From Octopus sinensis (lineage: Eukaryota), in NCBI RefSeq assembly GCF_006345805.1, contig NC_043001.1, positions 96,968,001 to 97,032,000 on the forward strand: DNA of 64,000 bases. The letters run 5' to 3'. Below the pieces are notes generated by a model that saw only the letters and a list, made by a program, of their open reading frames with translations, was not told the origin of the DNA and searched no databases. The stretch's first letter is position 1; each line of letters begins with the position of its first letter. Below are positions 1 to 13,204 of this stretch, one piece after another. Made by a program: the position numbers and the translations under genes.

Positions 1-2054
1 AAGCAAAATTCTGATTTTAGGAAATTACTGGAATAATTTACCGGAGACAAGATCGTATGTGGAATGCTAAGTAAAAGCATCTGGGGGTTGCTGCACCAAA
101 ATTATTTCATATCAAACATATTATGGACAAATGTCATGGTAACGGAACAAGCACTGGAACAGACGTAAATGAAGATTCTTTAATTTCAGCCGTGAATATA
201 TGGTGTGGAAACAAGACACTGCATCGTGTTATTGTATATACAGCGTATGGAGTTGGACAAAATAACTTGTGTATTCTTTTTCAAGTTATTCTTTACGATT
301 ACTTAAAAATATTCGACTCCCAAAGTGTTAACAATAAGTTAATGAAAAAATAAAAATTTAACATCGACCGGAAATTTTCACTATCAATAAACTGACGTAT
401 GGAAAAAAAATGAAACAGAGTAAATAATTGAAAAATAAAATGAGATATATAATATAGAAATAAGTCTAAACGAAAGTGAACTAAGTTAAGCTTGGCTAGT
501 TTTCAAATTGGTTTGCTTATCGATTTGTAATCATCGAGTCCCCAAAATAAGTTATAAAATATATACCGTAGTGAAATATTCTATCCTGTGAAAGGCACTT
601 AATTTTACTTTTGTCCATTACGGTTGTAAGATATATTTCTTACAAGTCGACAGCAGCGAATCTGTGAAGAAATATTTGCATCGCCTCTTGGGTTTTTGCT
701 TTCACTGCAATTTCGATGAGCTTGCCTTCGATAATCAATACAGATATTTATTTATTGTTGTTGTGTTAGCTTAATTTGTAACCGGAATAATGTCTTAGAT
801 GTGTTTCATAAAGGGCTTGAAGAATTTTTATTGTCCAATAAACATGTCAGCATGGAATACACTACCCTGTCCGTTGGTCAGTGAATTGACTGCAAATAGT
901 ATAAAAAGCAGTTTGAATCTCGTTCAGGAGATGATGTTTTAAAGTAGATAAATAACTTTTGTTCCAACGGGTAACGAAAGAGTGGGGAAAATACATTATA
1001 AAAGTGTCTTGAACAAGAAAAAGAAAATAATAGGGAAAATAATTACACACATCCTATAGTTTGGGTATTCTGCTACGTATATCACGGAAGCTATTGTCCC
1101 TCTGGGGTTTCATGAAAACGCAAGTAGATTGCAGTTTTTATTTTTCCTTTCAAATATCTGAAAAAGTTAATTCGTAGTTTATGTTAAGTTTCTATTCAGG
1201 ACGTGCTCTTTCTTCCAACAAACGAGAGATAGATGGAAAAAAAAGGTCACTACACTCGAACAAAAAGTATATTACTATCTGAGTTGAAAATATTACATGC
1301 CTTCTCACGAAAGAATATTGCTCGGCAATTCATCTCCAACGGTTAGATATTCTTGTGGAAATGATATTTACTCGTAATATCTACGTACAGAGATAACTGA
1401 TGTAGAAGGGTTTAATTTGCAGCTGCTGCATATCAGAAGTTTGAATTCATTACAAAACCCTATAATCAAGGCCAGTTCATCCATAACGATTAAACTTTTG
1501 TCTAGTTATAATGCAACTAGAACTATATAATTGTGTATGTACATACACTTTCTAATTATGTGCGATGTGAAGAAGCTCTGCATGCCATTGATAGCATTTC
1601 GAGTTATTACATAAGGTGTCCGTGGCTGGTTTGTTGTAGATGAGTGTACAACATTGTAGTAAGCACACAAAAATGTATAATTTATATGTTTAGAGCATTC
1701 ACTAACAACCAGTTTTCAAATTAGTTTATCCCAATAACTTCAAGAGAGGTGATAGACTTTAACAGGCTCGGTATTAGATAGCGAAATAGATTAGGACAAG
1801 CGATCACAAACTCACTATTTATGGCATGCTTTTCGATTTTGCTAATGTAACTACTTGTAACTACATGTGTTTTCGTCACATTCACTCACAAGCATTCACA
1901 TATCTGTATGTATGTGTCTATCTATTAACTATGCTTATATGTATGTGTATGTATTTATATATGTATATATATATGTATACATATTTATGTATGTATATAT
2001 ATATATATATATATACATGCATCATGAATAAAAACACATACAACCACATATACA

Positions 2055-2103
<49 letters not shown>

Positions 2104-3041
2104 TATATACACACACACATTTATGTATTTTTATATTTGTATACACTCTCATACACACGTAAATATTTGTGTGTATATATATATATGTGTGTGTGTGTGT
2201 GTATGTATTCAGTATCAATCTGTCTTCTCAGTACATGAAGCGGAGAAAAGATAACCTAACATGCAGGCTATACTTGGATGTATCAAATGTAATCTCGATC
2301 CCAACATACGACACCAAATACCAAGGCCTTCTGCAAGAGCAAATCATATTGTTTTGCATGGCCGACAGCGGATGAACGAGATAGCCACAATCACATCTAC
2401 GAGCTAAGCCGCGTTTTTCCTGATGAACTACTCTGGTTATCTTATAGCATTACTTGACGCGTAAAGAATGGTTTGTGAGGGTAGGTTTGCAGATTAGAGT
2501 CACAATAAAAGCCGCATTTACGTATTGTGAATACGTGTACACGTCGGTTACGCTAAAAATGTATGCATATGTATGCATACGTATGTATGTAGACATATAC
2601 ACATAAATATATATACGTACGTATACAATATGATTATCTATATATATGTAATATATATATAACATACATACCTACACAACACACACACATATATTATATA
2701 TTATATATATATTATATATAATATATAATATATATATTATATATATATATAGTAAATGTATGTATGGTATGTATGTATGTATGTATGTATGTATGTATGT
2801 ATGTAGTATGTATGTGTGTGATGCATGTATGTATGTATCTATGAATGTATGTATATATATATAATTGGAATTTAAAAAACAAAAACCCAAATACGATGAC
2901 GGGCGTGTAAATAACAAACTGAAATATTAGTTGAACGCTCGGAAAGTGAGAAAGATTTTACGTTTCAATTGAAGGAACACAAACATAGAAAGAGAAAATA
3001 AAAAAAAAGGCTTAGAGGCTTTCTTCTTTCACCTTATAGGT

Positions 3042-3101
<60 letters not shown>

Positions 3102-3106
<5 letters not shown>

Positions 3107-3167
3107 TTAAAGCAGCAGAAAATTCAACAAAACCTGTTACTCTGAATTTTCTGCTGCTTTAAATATA
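3102..3167. repeat. Perfect 25-bp inverted repeat (hairpin) with 16-nt spacer
   Basis: tatatttaaagcagcagaaaattca (3102-3126) is the exact reverse complement of tgaattttctgctgctttaaatata (3143-3167). Confidence 0.95.
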
Positions 3168-3298
3168 GCATATTATTCTACCACTGGTATTTGAGTACTC
3201 TTTTTCCACCTTGTTTCACATTTATGTGTTTACTCCGGTATATTATATATATATGTATATATATATGTATGCATATATGTATGTATGTAGTATGTATG

Positions 3299-3407
<109 letters not shown>

Positions 3408-3550
3408 GGTGTTGTTGTGTGTGTGTGTGTGTGCATATATATATATATATACAGAGAAAGAGAAGAAGAATCAAACTTCTATATCTAGATTCAAAAGCGT
3501 TTTCTAATTAGTCGCAGGGCCGATAGCAGCAAATTATGTATGTATGTATG

Positions 3551-3595
<45 letters not shown>

Positions 3596-4104
3596 GGAAA
3601 GAGAGAGGGAGAGACAAATATAGGGAGAAACAGATGTTAAAGCCAACCATGTGCGTACTGTTTTTAAAAATAAAAATAAAATAATAACAAACGGACTTTT
3701 CTTCTTGGTACGATAAGAAGGCGTACTTTATTAGTTACTGAGGTCAATGCAAAACTAGTTTGACGTTTAATGTACAAATTAAATAAATCAATAAAAAAAA
3801 ATAATTTAGAAGCACATTTTACGATCTGCAATTGTATATACCCTATTTTATGAAAAATATAAAGAGCTATAAAATATATAATATATATATAGAGAGATTC
3901 AGATGAATATGGTACTTAAGTTGAGACACCAGAATGTAGTATGTTATAATCCATACAATTTAAAATAAGGTAATTACGTTTTTTGTGCAACTGATGATTG
4001 CTCTGCATTTTAAATTGATGTAATGTTTGCATTGTTCAATTAAATGGAGTCGCATGACACGATCGTACTTCATTACCTCTGGACATCATTGTTGCTTATT
4101 TTGA

Positions 4105-4150
<46 letters not shown>

Positions 4151-4164
4151 GATATATGCATACA

Positions 4165-4372
4165 AACATGCACAGGTGGTTTTGTGGTCGATTAAATAAT
4201 TAACAGTTACACACTGGGATCAATATAATCGACTTAATCCGTTTGTCAGTCCTTGTTTTTCCCCTCTGCGCAGTAAAGAAATAAGAAACGCTAGCACGCC
4301 TGGCGAAATGCTTAGCGGTATTACGTCTGTCTTTACGTTCTGAGTTCAAATTCGGCCGAGGTTGACTTTTCC
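4165..4372 (+). mobile_element. SINE family B, tail-to-head joined fragments
   Basis: Family B tail (aatcgacttaatccgtttgtc...agtaaagaaata) joined to a family B head (gaaacgctagcacgcctggcgaaatgcttagcggtatt...gagttcaaattcggccgaggttgac); matches copies at 5925 and 8925. Confidence 0.8.
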
Positions 4373-4457
4373 TGGCCTGCTTTGCCTGTCATTGTCTTCA
4401 GTTCGTCCTGAAGAAATTGTTCCGAAACGTCCTGATTCGTAATACTATATAGTATTG

Positions 4458-4812
4458 TGGCACTCCGTCGGTTACGAAGACGAGGGTTCCACTTGATCCG
4501 ATGACCTGCTCGTGAAATTAATGTGCAGGTAGCTGAGCACTCCACAAACACGTGTACTCTTAATGTAGCATGACACAGTGTGTGACAAGGTTGGGTTTTT
4601 GAAATACAGGTACAACAGAAACACGAAGAAAGAGTGAGAGAAAGTCATGGTGAAAGAGTACAGCAGCGTTCACCACCATCCTCCGCCGGAGCCTCGTGGA
4701 GCTTTAGGTGTTTTCACTCAATAAACACTCACTCACAACGCTCGGTGTTGGAATCGAAACCCGTGATCCCACTGCCGCGAGTCCGCTGCCCTACACACTG
4801 GGCTATTGTGCC
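4458..4812 (-). mobile_element. tRNA-headed SINE family C
   Basis: Minus strand begins ggcacaatagcccagtgtgtagggcagcggactcgcgg...gggtttcgattcc (A-box/B-box-like). Body is homologous to 5486-5820 and 13035-13204. Confidence 0.8.
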
Positions 4813-5165
4813 TCCACACTAAATAGTATATTTGTGGGACATACGGTAGCATGCTTTGCTATCAACTCCAACGGTGTAAGAAATATTTTGGTTTTCTTCA
4901 TGAAAAGTAGTTTTCATGCCTCTCCGCCTCCACACATTTGTTTGTTTTTTTACATGTTTTCTATTCATGATGAAGAATTAGTCACTTCCTTTGTCTACCC
5001 AGAAAATCACTTTTTAGTGTAATGTTAATCAGATACAGCTTTGAAGTTCTTAGTCAAGACTCCATTCTCTCATATGTTTTTCTGCCCTTGGGCATTGTGA
5101 CGCAGTTGAACACTATATAGAATAATTACATCATGATCATGATCATCATCATTATCATCATCATC

Positions 5166-5239
<74 letters not shown>
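5166..5239. repeat. (ATT)n microsatellite, probably the 3' tail of the adjacent family D fragment
   Basis: Pure attatt run abutting gtgtgagagagcagtgcacgccatc; the same arrangement recurs at about 20890-20930. Confidence 0.9.
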
Positions 5240-5242
5240 GTG

Positions 5243-5290
5243 TGAGAGAGCAGTGCACGCCATCAAAGTGACATTGGGGTAAAATACGAT
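5243..5290. mobile_element. Interspersed repeat family D, short terminal fragment
   Basis: gagagagcagtgcacgccatcaaagtgacattggggtaaaata matches gagagagcggtgcatgccatcgaagtgacactggagtaaaata in the 20929-21147 copy. Confidence 0.75.
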
Positions 5291-5334
5291 TATTATTATT
5301 ATTATTATTATTATTATCACTAATATTATTGCTT

Positions 5335-5370
<36 letters not shown>

Positions 5371-5485
5371 ATCATCAGGCAGAATTATCAGGATGCCGGA
5401 CAAAATACTTAGAAGCATTCGTTTTTATGCTCTCAGTTCAAATTCCGTTGAGGTCGACTTTGCGTACCATGCGTTTGTTTTCAAT

Positions 5486-5820
5486 GTAATTACCACGGCG
5501 CTCCGTCTGTTACGACGACGAGTGTTCCAGTTGATCCAATCAACGGAACGGCCTGTTCGTGAAATTCGCGTGCAAGTGGCCTAGTACACCACGGACACGT
5601 GTATCCTTAACGTAGTTCTCGAGGAGATTCAGCGTGACACGGAATGTGACAAGGCTGACTCTTGAAATACAGGTGCAACACAAATAGGAAGTAAGAGTGA
5701 GAGAAAGTTGTGGTGAAAGAGTACAGCAGGGTTCACCCCACCCTGCCGGAGCCTCGTGGAGTTTTGGCTGTTTTCGTTAAATAAACACTCACAATCCCCG
5801 GTGTGGGAATCGAAACCACG
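5486..5820 (-). mobile_element. SINE family C copy, head truncated within the tRNA region
   Basis: Colinear with 4458-4790 (ccagttgatcc...cgtgaaatt...gtgagagaaagt...ccggagcctcgtggag...ggaatcgaaacc). Confidence 0.85.
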
Positions 5821-5924
5821 CCTCCACTTTCAATATAATAAGCACAAGTTGGGGTCCACTTACTCCTCCCGTCCAAGTTTGCTAACCTTGTGCTAAAATT
5901 TGAAAGCAATATTATTATTAAAAC

Positions 5925-6430
5925 GACGGTGAGTTGACAGAGTAATTAGAACGCCGGGCGAAATGCTTAGCGGTATTTCGTCTGCCGTTACGTTCCGAGT
6001 TCAAATTGCGCCGAGGTCGACTTTGTTTTTCATCCCAGTTACGCACTGGGGTCGATATAATCGAGTTAATCCGTTTGTCTGTCCTTGTTTGTCCTCTCGG
6101 TGTTTAGCCCCTTGTGGGTAGTAAAGAAATAGGTATTTCGTCTGCCGCTACGTTCTGAGTTCAAATTCTGCCGAGGTCGACTTTGCCTTTCATCCTTTCG
6201 GGGTCGATAAATGAAGTACCAGTAACGTACTGAGGTCGATATAATCGACTTAATCCGCTTGTCTGTCCTTGTCTGTGTTTAGCCCCTTGTGGGTAGTAAA
6301 GAAATAGGTATTTCATACGCCTTTGCGTTCTGAGATTCAAATTCACTTAAGTTCGACTTCGCATTTTATCCGCTCAGTGTCGATAAAATTAGTAGAAAAT
6401 TGAATACTGAGATCGATATAATCTACACAT
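5925..6430 (+). mobile_element. SINE family B, head-to-tail trimer
   Basis: One full head, then two A-box-less units (~175 bp period) each starting ggtatttc. B-box-like gagttcaaattc; central gactttgcctttcatcctttcggggtcgataaa, recalled as resembling the Meta-SINE central domain (unverified). Confidence 0.85.
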
Positions 6431-6529
6431 CTCCGCCCACCCCACCACTTAATTTGCCAGAATGTGAAATGCTATTATCTGTATATATATAAGGTAGTAT
6501 GTGTGCGTGTGCGCGCTCGTTTGTGTGCG

Positions 6530-6565
<36 letters not shown>

Positions 6566-6877
6566 TATGTGAATGTAATTTATGCACGTCCACAAATTAG
6601 CACACATGTCACTCCAATTTTAGGAGGACATTCGTTATGACCCTAGCTGTATTTTCGTCAAATTATTTTTCCCAGAGGCACCAGCGAATAGCAGTAAAAA
6701 TAAATTTTCAACCAAAACTTTTAACAATTTTCAAGTCGGAGAAATCACCATTGTTTGCAAACAGGAGTTAAATCCCCTTCTAGCGACGAATAAGTATAAT
6801 CGACTGGCCCCTGCCCTAAAGTTTCAGGCCTAGTGCTTGTAATAGAAAGGATTATTTAATAAAAAAATACAAAATAG

Positions 6878-7085
6878 CCCGCGAGCTGTTAGAATCGTTA
6901 GCGTTCCGGACGAAATGTTTAGCAGGATTTCGCCCGTGTCCACGTTCTGAGTTCAAATTCCGCCGAGGTCGACTTTATCTTTTATTCTTTCGGGGTCGAT
7001 AAAATAAGTACCACTCGAACACTGGGGTCCCTGTAATCGACTCATTCCATCCCCCAAACTGTTGCCCTTGGGTGGGAAAATTTAA
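6878..7085 (+). mobile_element. SINE family B monomer
   Basis: gcgagctgttagaatcgttagc...gagttcaaattccgccgaggtcgacttt...cggggtcgataaaataagtacc. Confidence 0.8.
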
Positions 7086-8226
7086 AACGCTTATTAAAAA
7101 GACAAACCCCACACAAAATGACACCCTGCATACAGCATGTTCTATCAGGAAAATATCTATAACCTCCGAATTTGAACGTGTTCTTCTGTATGTCCACTCC
7201 GTATTTACTTCCAAATTGTCTTTCCCCTTAGCTACCAGAAATTCTTTTGGCAGGTTGGATCAAATGTATGTTTACATCTTCGTAACTAAATCTGAATACA
7301 TGCAAACACCGCACAAAACTAATTTTCCGCTACTGATATCTTACATTTTTTCTCTGTTTATGTGGCTTATAGTAAACACACTCTGTTTCCTCACTCCCTA
7401 TCTGAATTGTGTTATCAAATCATAGATCTCAAGGAGCATGAAATTTTCAAGCCGTGCATATTTATTTTCGACGCTTTTTACCCTATCATAGTCGTCGTAT
7501 TAATAGCTTCTCTATTCGGTTCGGAAATCATGATTACACGTTTTTTACCTTTGTTGATTTTTGTATAGTATATTCAAGCGGAGAATTATCTTTTCTGAAA
7601 GTTTACTATATATCTATGTCAAACTCATGTTTACTATGTGATGTTTATATGACACATCTTTCCTTCTTTTCTAGGAGACATTCATTTTCATATATAAGAG
7701 ATTTGTGTTCGTATACACGTGTCTCACAGTACGGTCTACCCTATCCTTGATGTGGCGGACATGTACTTAGCAGAATTTATTATAAATCTGTTTGATCTCA
7801 CTATTTACACCCATATAACCACTGTATTGATCCAGTGAGATTCTATGTCGAAAGATGTAACATTTTTTTTTCTTTTCTTATAAAATCTATTTTAAATCAC
7901 GTTGCCGTGAACTGCATATTTTCCGAGTTACGTTGCTATAAAACATTTCATAATGCATAACTAGATAGTTACATATGAAATAAAACAAAAAGGTTTTCGC
8001 AGCTGGATAGTCTAAACGGTTCAAGATTTTCGTCAAAAGAAATAACGATTTCTCTCTCCAACGATATTGGGAGAAATAACGATTTCTCCCTCCTATATGG
8101 TATTTTCCCGCATAGTTTCATTTTTGATAAATAGATTTATGATTCTAAATAACGATTCAGTACAATTTACATTTATATTGCACAGAAAACATACACACAC
8201 ACACACACACACACACACCACACACA

Positions 8227-8273
<47 letters not shown>

Positions 8274-8819
8274 ACACACCACATACGCACACACACACGC
8301 ATTCATGCATACACACGCAAACACTCGCATACACACACATACACACGATTATATATTCATATAAAGTTAATATATATATATATATATATATATATCTTCA
8401 ACCATTCTGTTGGCCTTCGTATCTCGACCAACATGTGTCCCCGCTACCGAAACGGTAATTATTTCTACGCCAGCTGCTATGTTGTTGTTGTTTTGTCTCA
8501 TTTGGTCTAAAGTCGTATGACAACCACCGTTATATATATTTTGTTTTTTCATTACTGTTTTCAATTTCGTTTTCGTCTCTTGTATTCACATCCGTCTTGT
8601 GCGTTCACATTCCTGTCTTCTACCAAGAAATCTAATGCTTACAGCTTAGTTTTTTTTCTTGGGGCTGGCCGAGTTGGAGCAAATATCAGAATTGAACAGC
8701 CGAAATTTGCTATGATGATTCGGTGTCTGACTGAAGATTGAAGGCTTCGAATGATTTGTCTGTGTTCCGTGTTCGTCCCTTCCTGTATTTCACGTTCATT
8801 ATATATAAAAACATTCATT

Positions 8820-8858
<39 letters not shown>

Positions 8859-8924
8859 TATATAACATTTTCATGTATAATGTGTATATGTCTGTGTGTG
8901 CTATGTTAAGCATGTACGCACAAA

Positions 8925-9528
8925 GGCGGCGAGCTGGCAGAAACGTTAGCACGCCGGGCGAAATGCGTAGCCATATTTCCTCTGCTGTTATGTTCTGAGT
9001 TCAAATTCCGCCGAGGTTGACTTTGCCTTTCATCCTTTCCAGGTCGATTAAATAAGTACCAGTTACGCGCTGGGGTCGATGTAATAGACTTAATCCGTTT
9101 GTCCTCTCTGTGTTTAGCCCCTGGTTGGTAGTAAAGAAATAGGTATTTCGTCTGCCGTTACGTTCTGAGTTCAAATTCCACCGAGTCGACTTTGCCTTTC
9201 ATCCTCTCGGGGTCTATTAAATAAGTACCAGTTATGCACTGGCGTCGATATAATCGAGTTAATCCGTTTGTCTCTCCTTGATTCTACCCTCTGTGTTTAG
9301 CCCCTTGTGGGTAGTAAAGAAATGAGAAACGTGCCTAGAGTAGAAAAGAATCGTTAGCACGCTGGACGATATGCTATATTAGTATTTCGCCCGTACCTAT
9401 GTTGTGAGTTCAAATTCAGCCGAGGTCGACTATGCCTTTTATTATTCGGCTTCAATAAATTAAGTACGAGTCAATTACTGGGGTCGATGTGATCGACTAA
9501 CTCAGGCCTTGAGTCTATTGTAGAAACG
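8925..9528 (+). mobile_element. SINE family B multimer (three units)
   Basis: Starts ggcggcgagctggcagaaacgttagcacgccgggcgaaatgc. The second unit joins at aaagaaata|ggtatttcg (~9141); a third unit starts at about 9347. Confidence 0.85.
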
Positions 9529-9628
9529 GTTATGTATGTACGCACATGCGCATGAGTATATATGGATATATACCTGTGTGCATATGAGTGTATTTGTGTA
9601 TATACATAAGCATGCACATATACTATCT

Positions 9629-10088
9629 TACTCTTTTACTTGGTTTAATCATTTGACTGCTGCCGTGCCGGAGCACCGCATTTAGTCAAGCAAATCAACC
9701 TGAGGATTATTCTTTGGAAGCGCAGTACTTATTCTATTGGTCCCTTTGCCAAACCGCTTAGTTACATGGACGCAAACACACCAGCATGGGTTGTCAGGCG
9801 ATGTTGGAGGGACAAATACAGACACACAAACTTACACACACATACACAAACACAGAAACACAGACACACACAGACAGACACACACACACATACACACATA
9901 TATATATATATATATAATAAATATTAGGGAATAAATCCAAATTTACAGGGAAAAAATCAGATTTAGGATTAAATCCAATTTTATAGTAAAATATTATATA
10001 ATATTAATTAGAGACAAAACCACTATTTTGCAAAACAAACAAGGAAAGACTTAATCAATACATAAAATTTTAATAAAAAGTAAAAAAT

Positions 10089-10143
<55 letters not shown>

Positions 10144-10340
10144 CATATATATATATATATATACATATATACGACGGGCTTCTTTCAGTTTCCGTCTACC
10201 AAATCTACATACAAAGCTTTGGTCGAGCAAAGGCTATAGTAGAAGACACTCACCAAAGGTGCCACGCAGTGGGACTGAACCCAGAACCATGTGGTTGGTA
10301 AGCAAGCTACTTACCACGCCTCCACAGCCCCTCCTGCGCC
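9629..10340 (-). mobile_element. SINE family A (tRNA head, CORE-like domain, internal microsatellite), full length, with nested insertion
   Basis: Head ggcgcaggagg...gtggtaagtagcttgcttaccaaccacatggttctgggttcagtcccactgcgtggcacctt at 10340->10260; 3' half at 9629-9830. Unrelated sequence 9925-10085 sits in the internal (TA)n. Confidence 0.85.
9925..10085. mobile_element. Fragment of the same element as the hammerhead-bearing repeat at 27608 (putative Penelope-like)
   Basis: 10007-10077 is identical over 71 bp to 27608-27678. Confidence 0.7.
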
Positions 10341-10702
10341 TTTTAAAGTGATGAACAACTTTAATCGATTTTCTGAGATTATTGGGTTCCCATATTCATG
10401 AATTTATAGGTATACGTATGTTTGACGCCGTGTATATTTGCAAGTATACCTGTGCGTACTTGTGTCTTGTGTATACATACAATTATCAAACTGCGTATAT
10501 ATTTATTCGAATAACTGTGAATAGGTAAAAAAAAATATGCATTCATTGAAGACTTAGAACCTTAATGACACACACATTCGTATTTTATCATAAACACATT
10601 CTCCAACGCATACAAATATGCATACGCCATAAATTAAGAAAAGGTTTTAGAGATACCAATTGGAAATTTCGAAAGGAAAGGAAGCTTTGCTGGAGGTAAT
10701 GC

Positions 10703-11498
10703 ATGTATGTATGTATGTATGTATGTATGTAATGTATGTATGTATGTATGTATGTATGTATGTATGAATGTATGTATGTATGTATGTATGTAGTATGTAT
10801 GAATGTAGGTATGTATGTATGTATGTATGATGTATGTATGTATGTATGAATGTATGTATGTTGTATGTATGTATGTATGTAATGTATGTATGTATGTATG
10901 TATGTAGTATGAATGTATGTAGTATGTATGTGTATGTATGTATGTATGTTATGTATGTAATGTATGTATGTGTATGTATGTATGTATGAATGTATGCATG
11001 TATGTATGTATGTATGTATGAATGTATGAATGTATGTATGTATGTATGTATGTATGTATGTATGTATGTATGAATGTATGTATGTATGTATGTATGAATG
11101 TATGAATGTATGTATGTATGAATGTATGTATGTATGTATGTATGTATGTATGTATGAATGTATGTATGTATGTATGTATGTATGTATGTATGAATGTATG
11201 TATGTATGTATGTATGTATGTATGTATGAATGTATGTATGTATGTATGAATGTATGTATGTATGTATGAATGTATGTATGTATGTATGTATGTATGTATG
11301 AATGTATGTATGTATGTATGTATGTATGTATGTATGTATGAATGTATGTATGTATGTATGTATGTATGTATGTATGTATGTATGTATGTATGAATGTATG
11401 TATGTATGTATGATGTATGTATGTATGTATGTATGTATGAATGTATGTATGTATGTATGAATGTATGTATGTATGTATGAATGTATGTATGTATGTAT
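10703..11498. repeat. ~800-bp (TATG)n tetranucleotide array with interspersed GAAT variants
   Basis: Direct reading. It explains the spurious 304-aa HTYI ORF. Confidence 0.97.
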
Positions 11499-11690
11499 AC
11501 ATTAATCTATCTATGTAGAAATGTATGCATGTGTGCGTTATTGTATGCTTGTATACAAAGATACATGTATATATCTATGCCAAGAAAGTATGCATATGAG
11601 CATGTATATATGTGTGTATGTGTTACTGTGTTAATAATGCGAGTATATTCGCTGACAATGTTTTTTTTTTCTTTTATTCTTTCTTTTAAT

Positions 11691-11897
11691 TTGTTTCAGT
11701 CATTTGACTGAGGCCATGCTGGAGCACCGCATTTAGTCGAACAAATCGACCGCGGGACTTATCGGTCTGTTTTACCGAGCGGTTCGGCAAAAAGGACGGA
11801 TGGAACAAGTACTATGATTACAGAAACTAAGTCCTGGGGTCAATTTGTTCGACGAAAGGCGATGCTCCAGCATGGTCGCAGTCAAATAACAGAAACG
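11691..11897. mobile_element. Two SINE family A 3' tails in inverted orientation
   Basis: 11691-11761 (minus copy) pairs with 11828-11897 (plus copy); ~70-bp arms, ~66-nt spacer. Confidence 0.8.
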
Positions 11898-11940
11898 AGT
11901 AAAAGAATAAAACGATTAAAAGAATAGATGTATATATGTT

Positions 11941-12386
11941 CTTTTATTCTTGTAATTGTTTCTGCCATTTGACTGCGGCCAAAGTCGAGCACCGTGTTTA
12001 GTTAAACAATTCTACCGCAGGACTTATTTTTTGTGAGCTTGGTGCTTATCATATCGGTTTCTTTTGCCGAACCGCTAGATTATGGTGACGTAAACACACC
12101 AACATCGGTTGTCAAGCGGTGATGGGGTGATAAACACAGACGCACAAGCATATAGACAGACACACTTACACACATACCTACCTACATACATACATATATA
12201 CATACATGCATACATATATATACGACGGTTCTTCTTTTAGTTTCCGTTTAAGAAATTCACTCAGAAGTCTTTGGTCGTCCTGGGGCTATAGTAGAAGACA
12301 CTGGTTAAAGTTGCCACGCAGTGGGACTGAATCCAGAACTATGTGGTTGGTAAGCAAGCTACTTGCCACACAGCCATGCCTGCGCC
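11941..12386 (-). mobile_element. SINE family A, full length
   Basis: Head ends at ggcgcaggcatggctgtgtggcaagtagc (12386); internal (CA)/(TACA)/(TA) tract; 3' tail at 11941-12000. Confidence 0.85.
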
Positions 12387-12679
12387 TATTTATTTTTCAC
12401 TACTGATTCCTACATTTCAGGATCCGTATTTATATTCTTCTTCCAGCCGTTCTTTTCTTCATTTTGCTCTAAAAATTCTTTTCTTGTCCTATCATTGAAT
12501 CGTACCCTCTTAAATTCCATTCCACTCTTTATAATTGTAAAGTAAAATATTTCTGAAATGTTAAAAATATATAGTTTCCATATACGTACATACACCATCC
12601 ATACACGCATACCCATATACATGTATATGTGAATGTATGTATGTACGCATATATTTCTTTCTTCATATATGTATGTATG

Positions 12680-12715
<36 letters not shown>

Positions 12716-13034
12716 ATGTATATATATATATTATATATATATATATGTATATATATATGTGTAGGTCTATTTATGTATGTATCTCTTCATATATATGTTC
12801 GTATATATGTATATATGTATATATATATATATATATACTCACAAAACACACACGCATGCACAGACATAAATTACATATACACACACACGCGCGAATAAAC
12901 GATAAACGTCACTCTTTTCAAGCCTAGCTAGAGTCATGGGCTCGGTTTCTCTGTTCCTGTTGCGTATGTGTACACCGCCCCACCACCAGCTGGACAGGAC
13001 GCCACACCATCGCAGTCTTACTGAAGAAACAGAA

Positions 13035-13204
13035 AGAGGGAGTGAGAGAAAGCTGTGGCGAAAGAGTACAACAGGGGTCAGCATCACCCCCTGCCGGAGC
13101 CTCGTGTTTTCGCTCTATAAACTCACACAAAGCCCGGTCTGGGAATCGAAACCGCGATCCTCTGACCGCGAGTCCGCTGCCCTAGCCACTGGCCGCTACG
13201 CTTC
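13035..13204 (-). mobile_element. SINE family C, 5' part
   Basis: Minus: cagtggctagggcagcggactcgcggtcagaggatcgcggtttcgattcccagacc, a tRNA-like head; body matches 4635-4760. Confidence 0.8.

Noticed and set aside
5925-6430. CRISPR-like repeat array
   Set aside because: Units are ~175-bp SINE bodies without unique spacers; eukaryotic context and no cas genes.
8040-8160. Three copies of aaataacgatt(t)c with a small hairpin
   Set aside because: Short, AT-rich and consistent with local slippage; no further structure.
8731-8760. CTGAAGA followed by a GAAG/CTTC stem
   Set aside because: The loop is too short to form and there is no GAAA core.
10588-11502. 304-aa ORF and the many similar I/Y/H/T/V/C/M-rich ORFs in the track
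   Set aside because: They are translations of (TATG)n, (TA)n, (CA)n and related repeats, which lack stop codons in some frames. No domain content.
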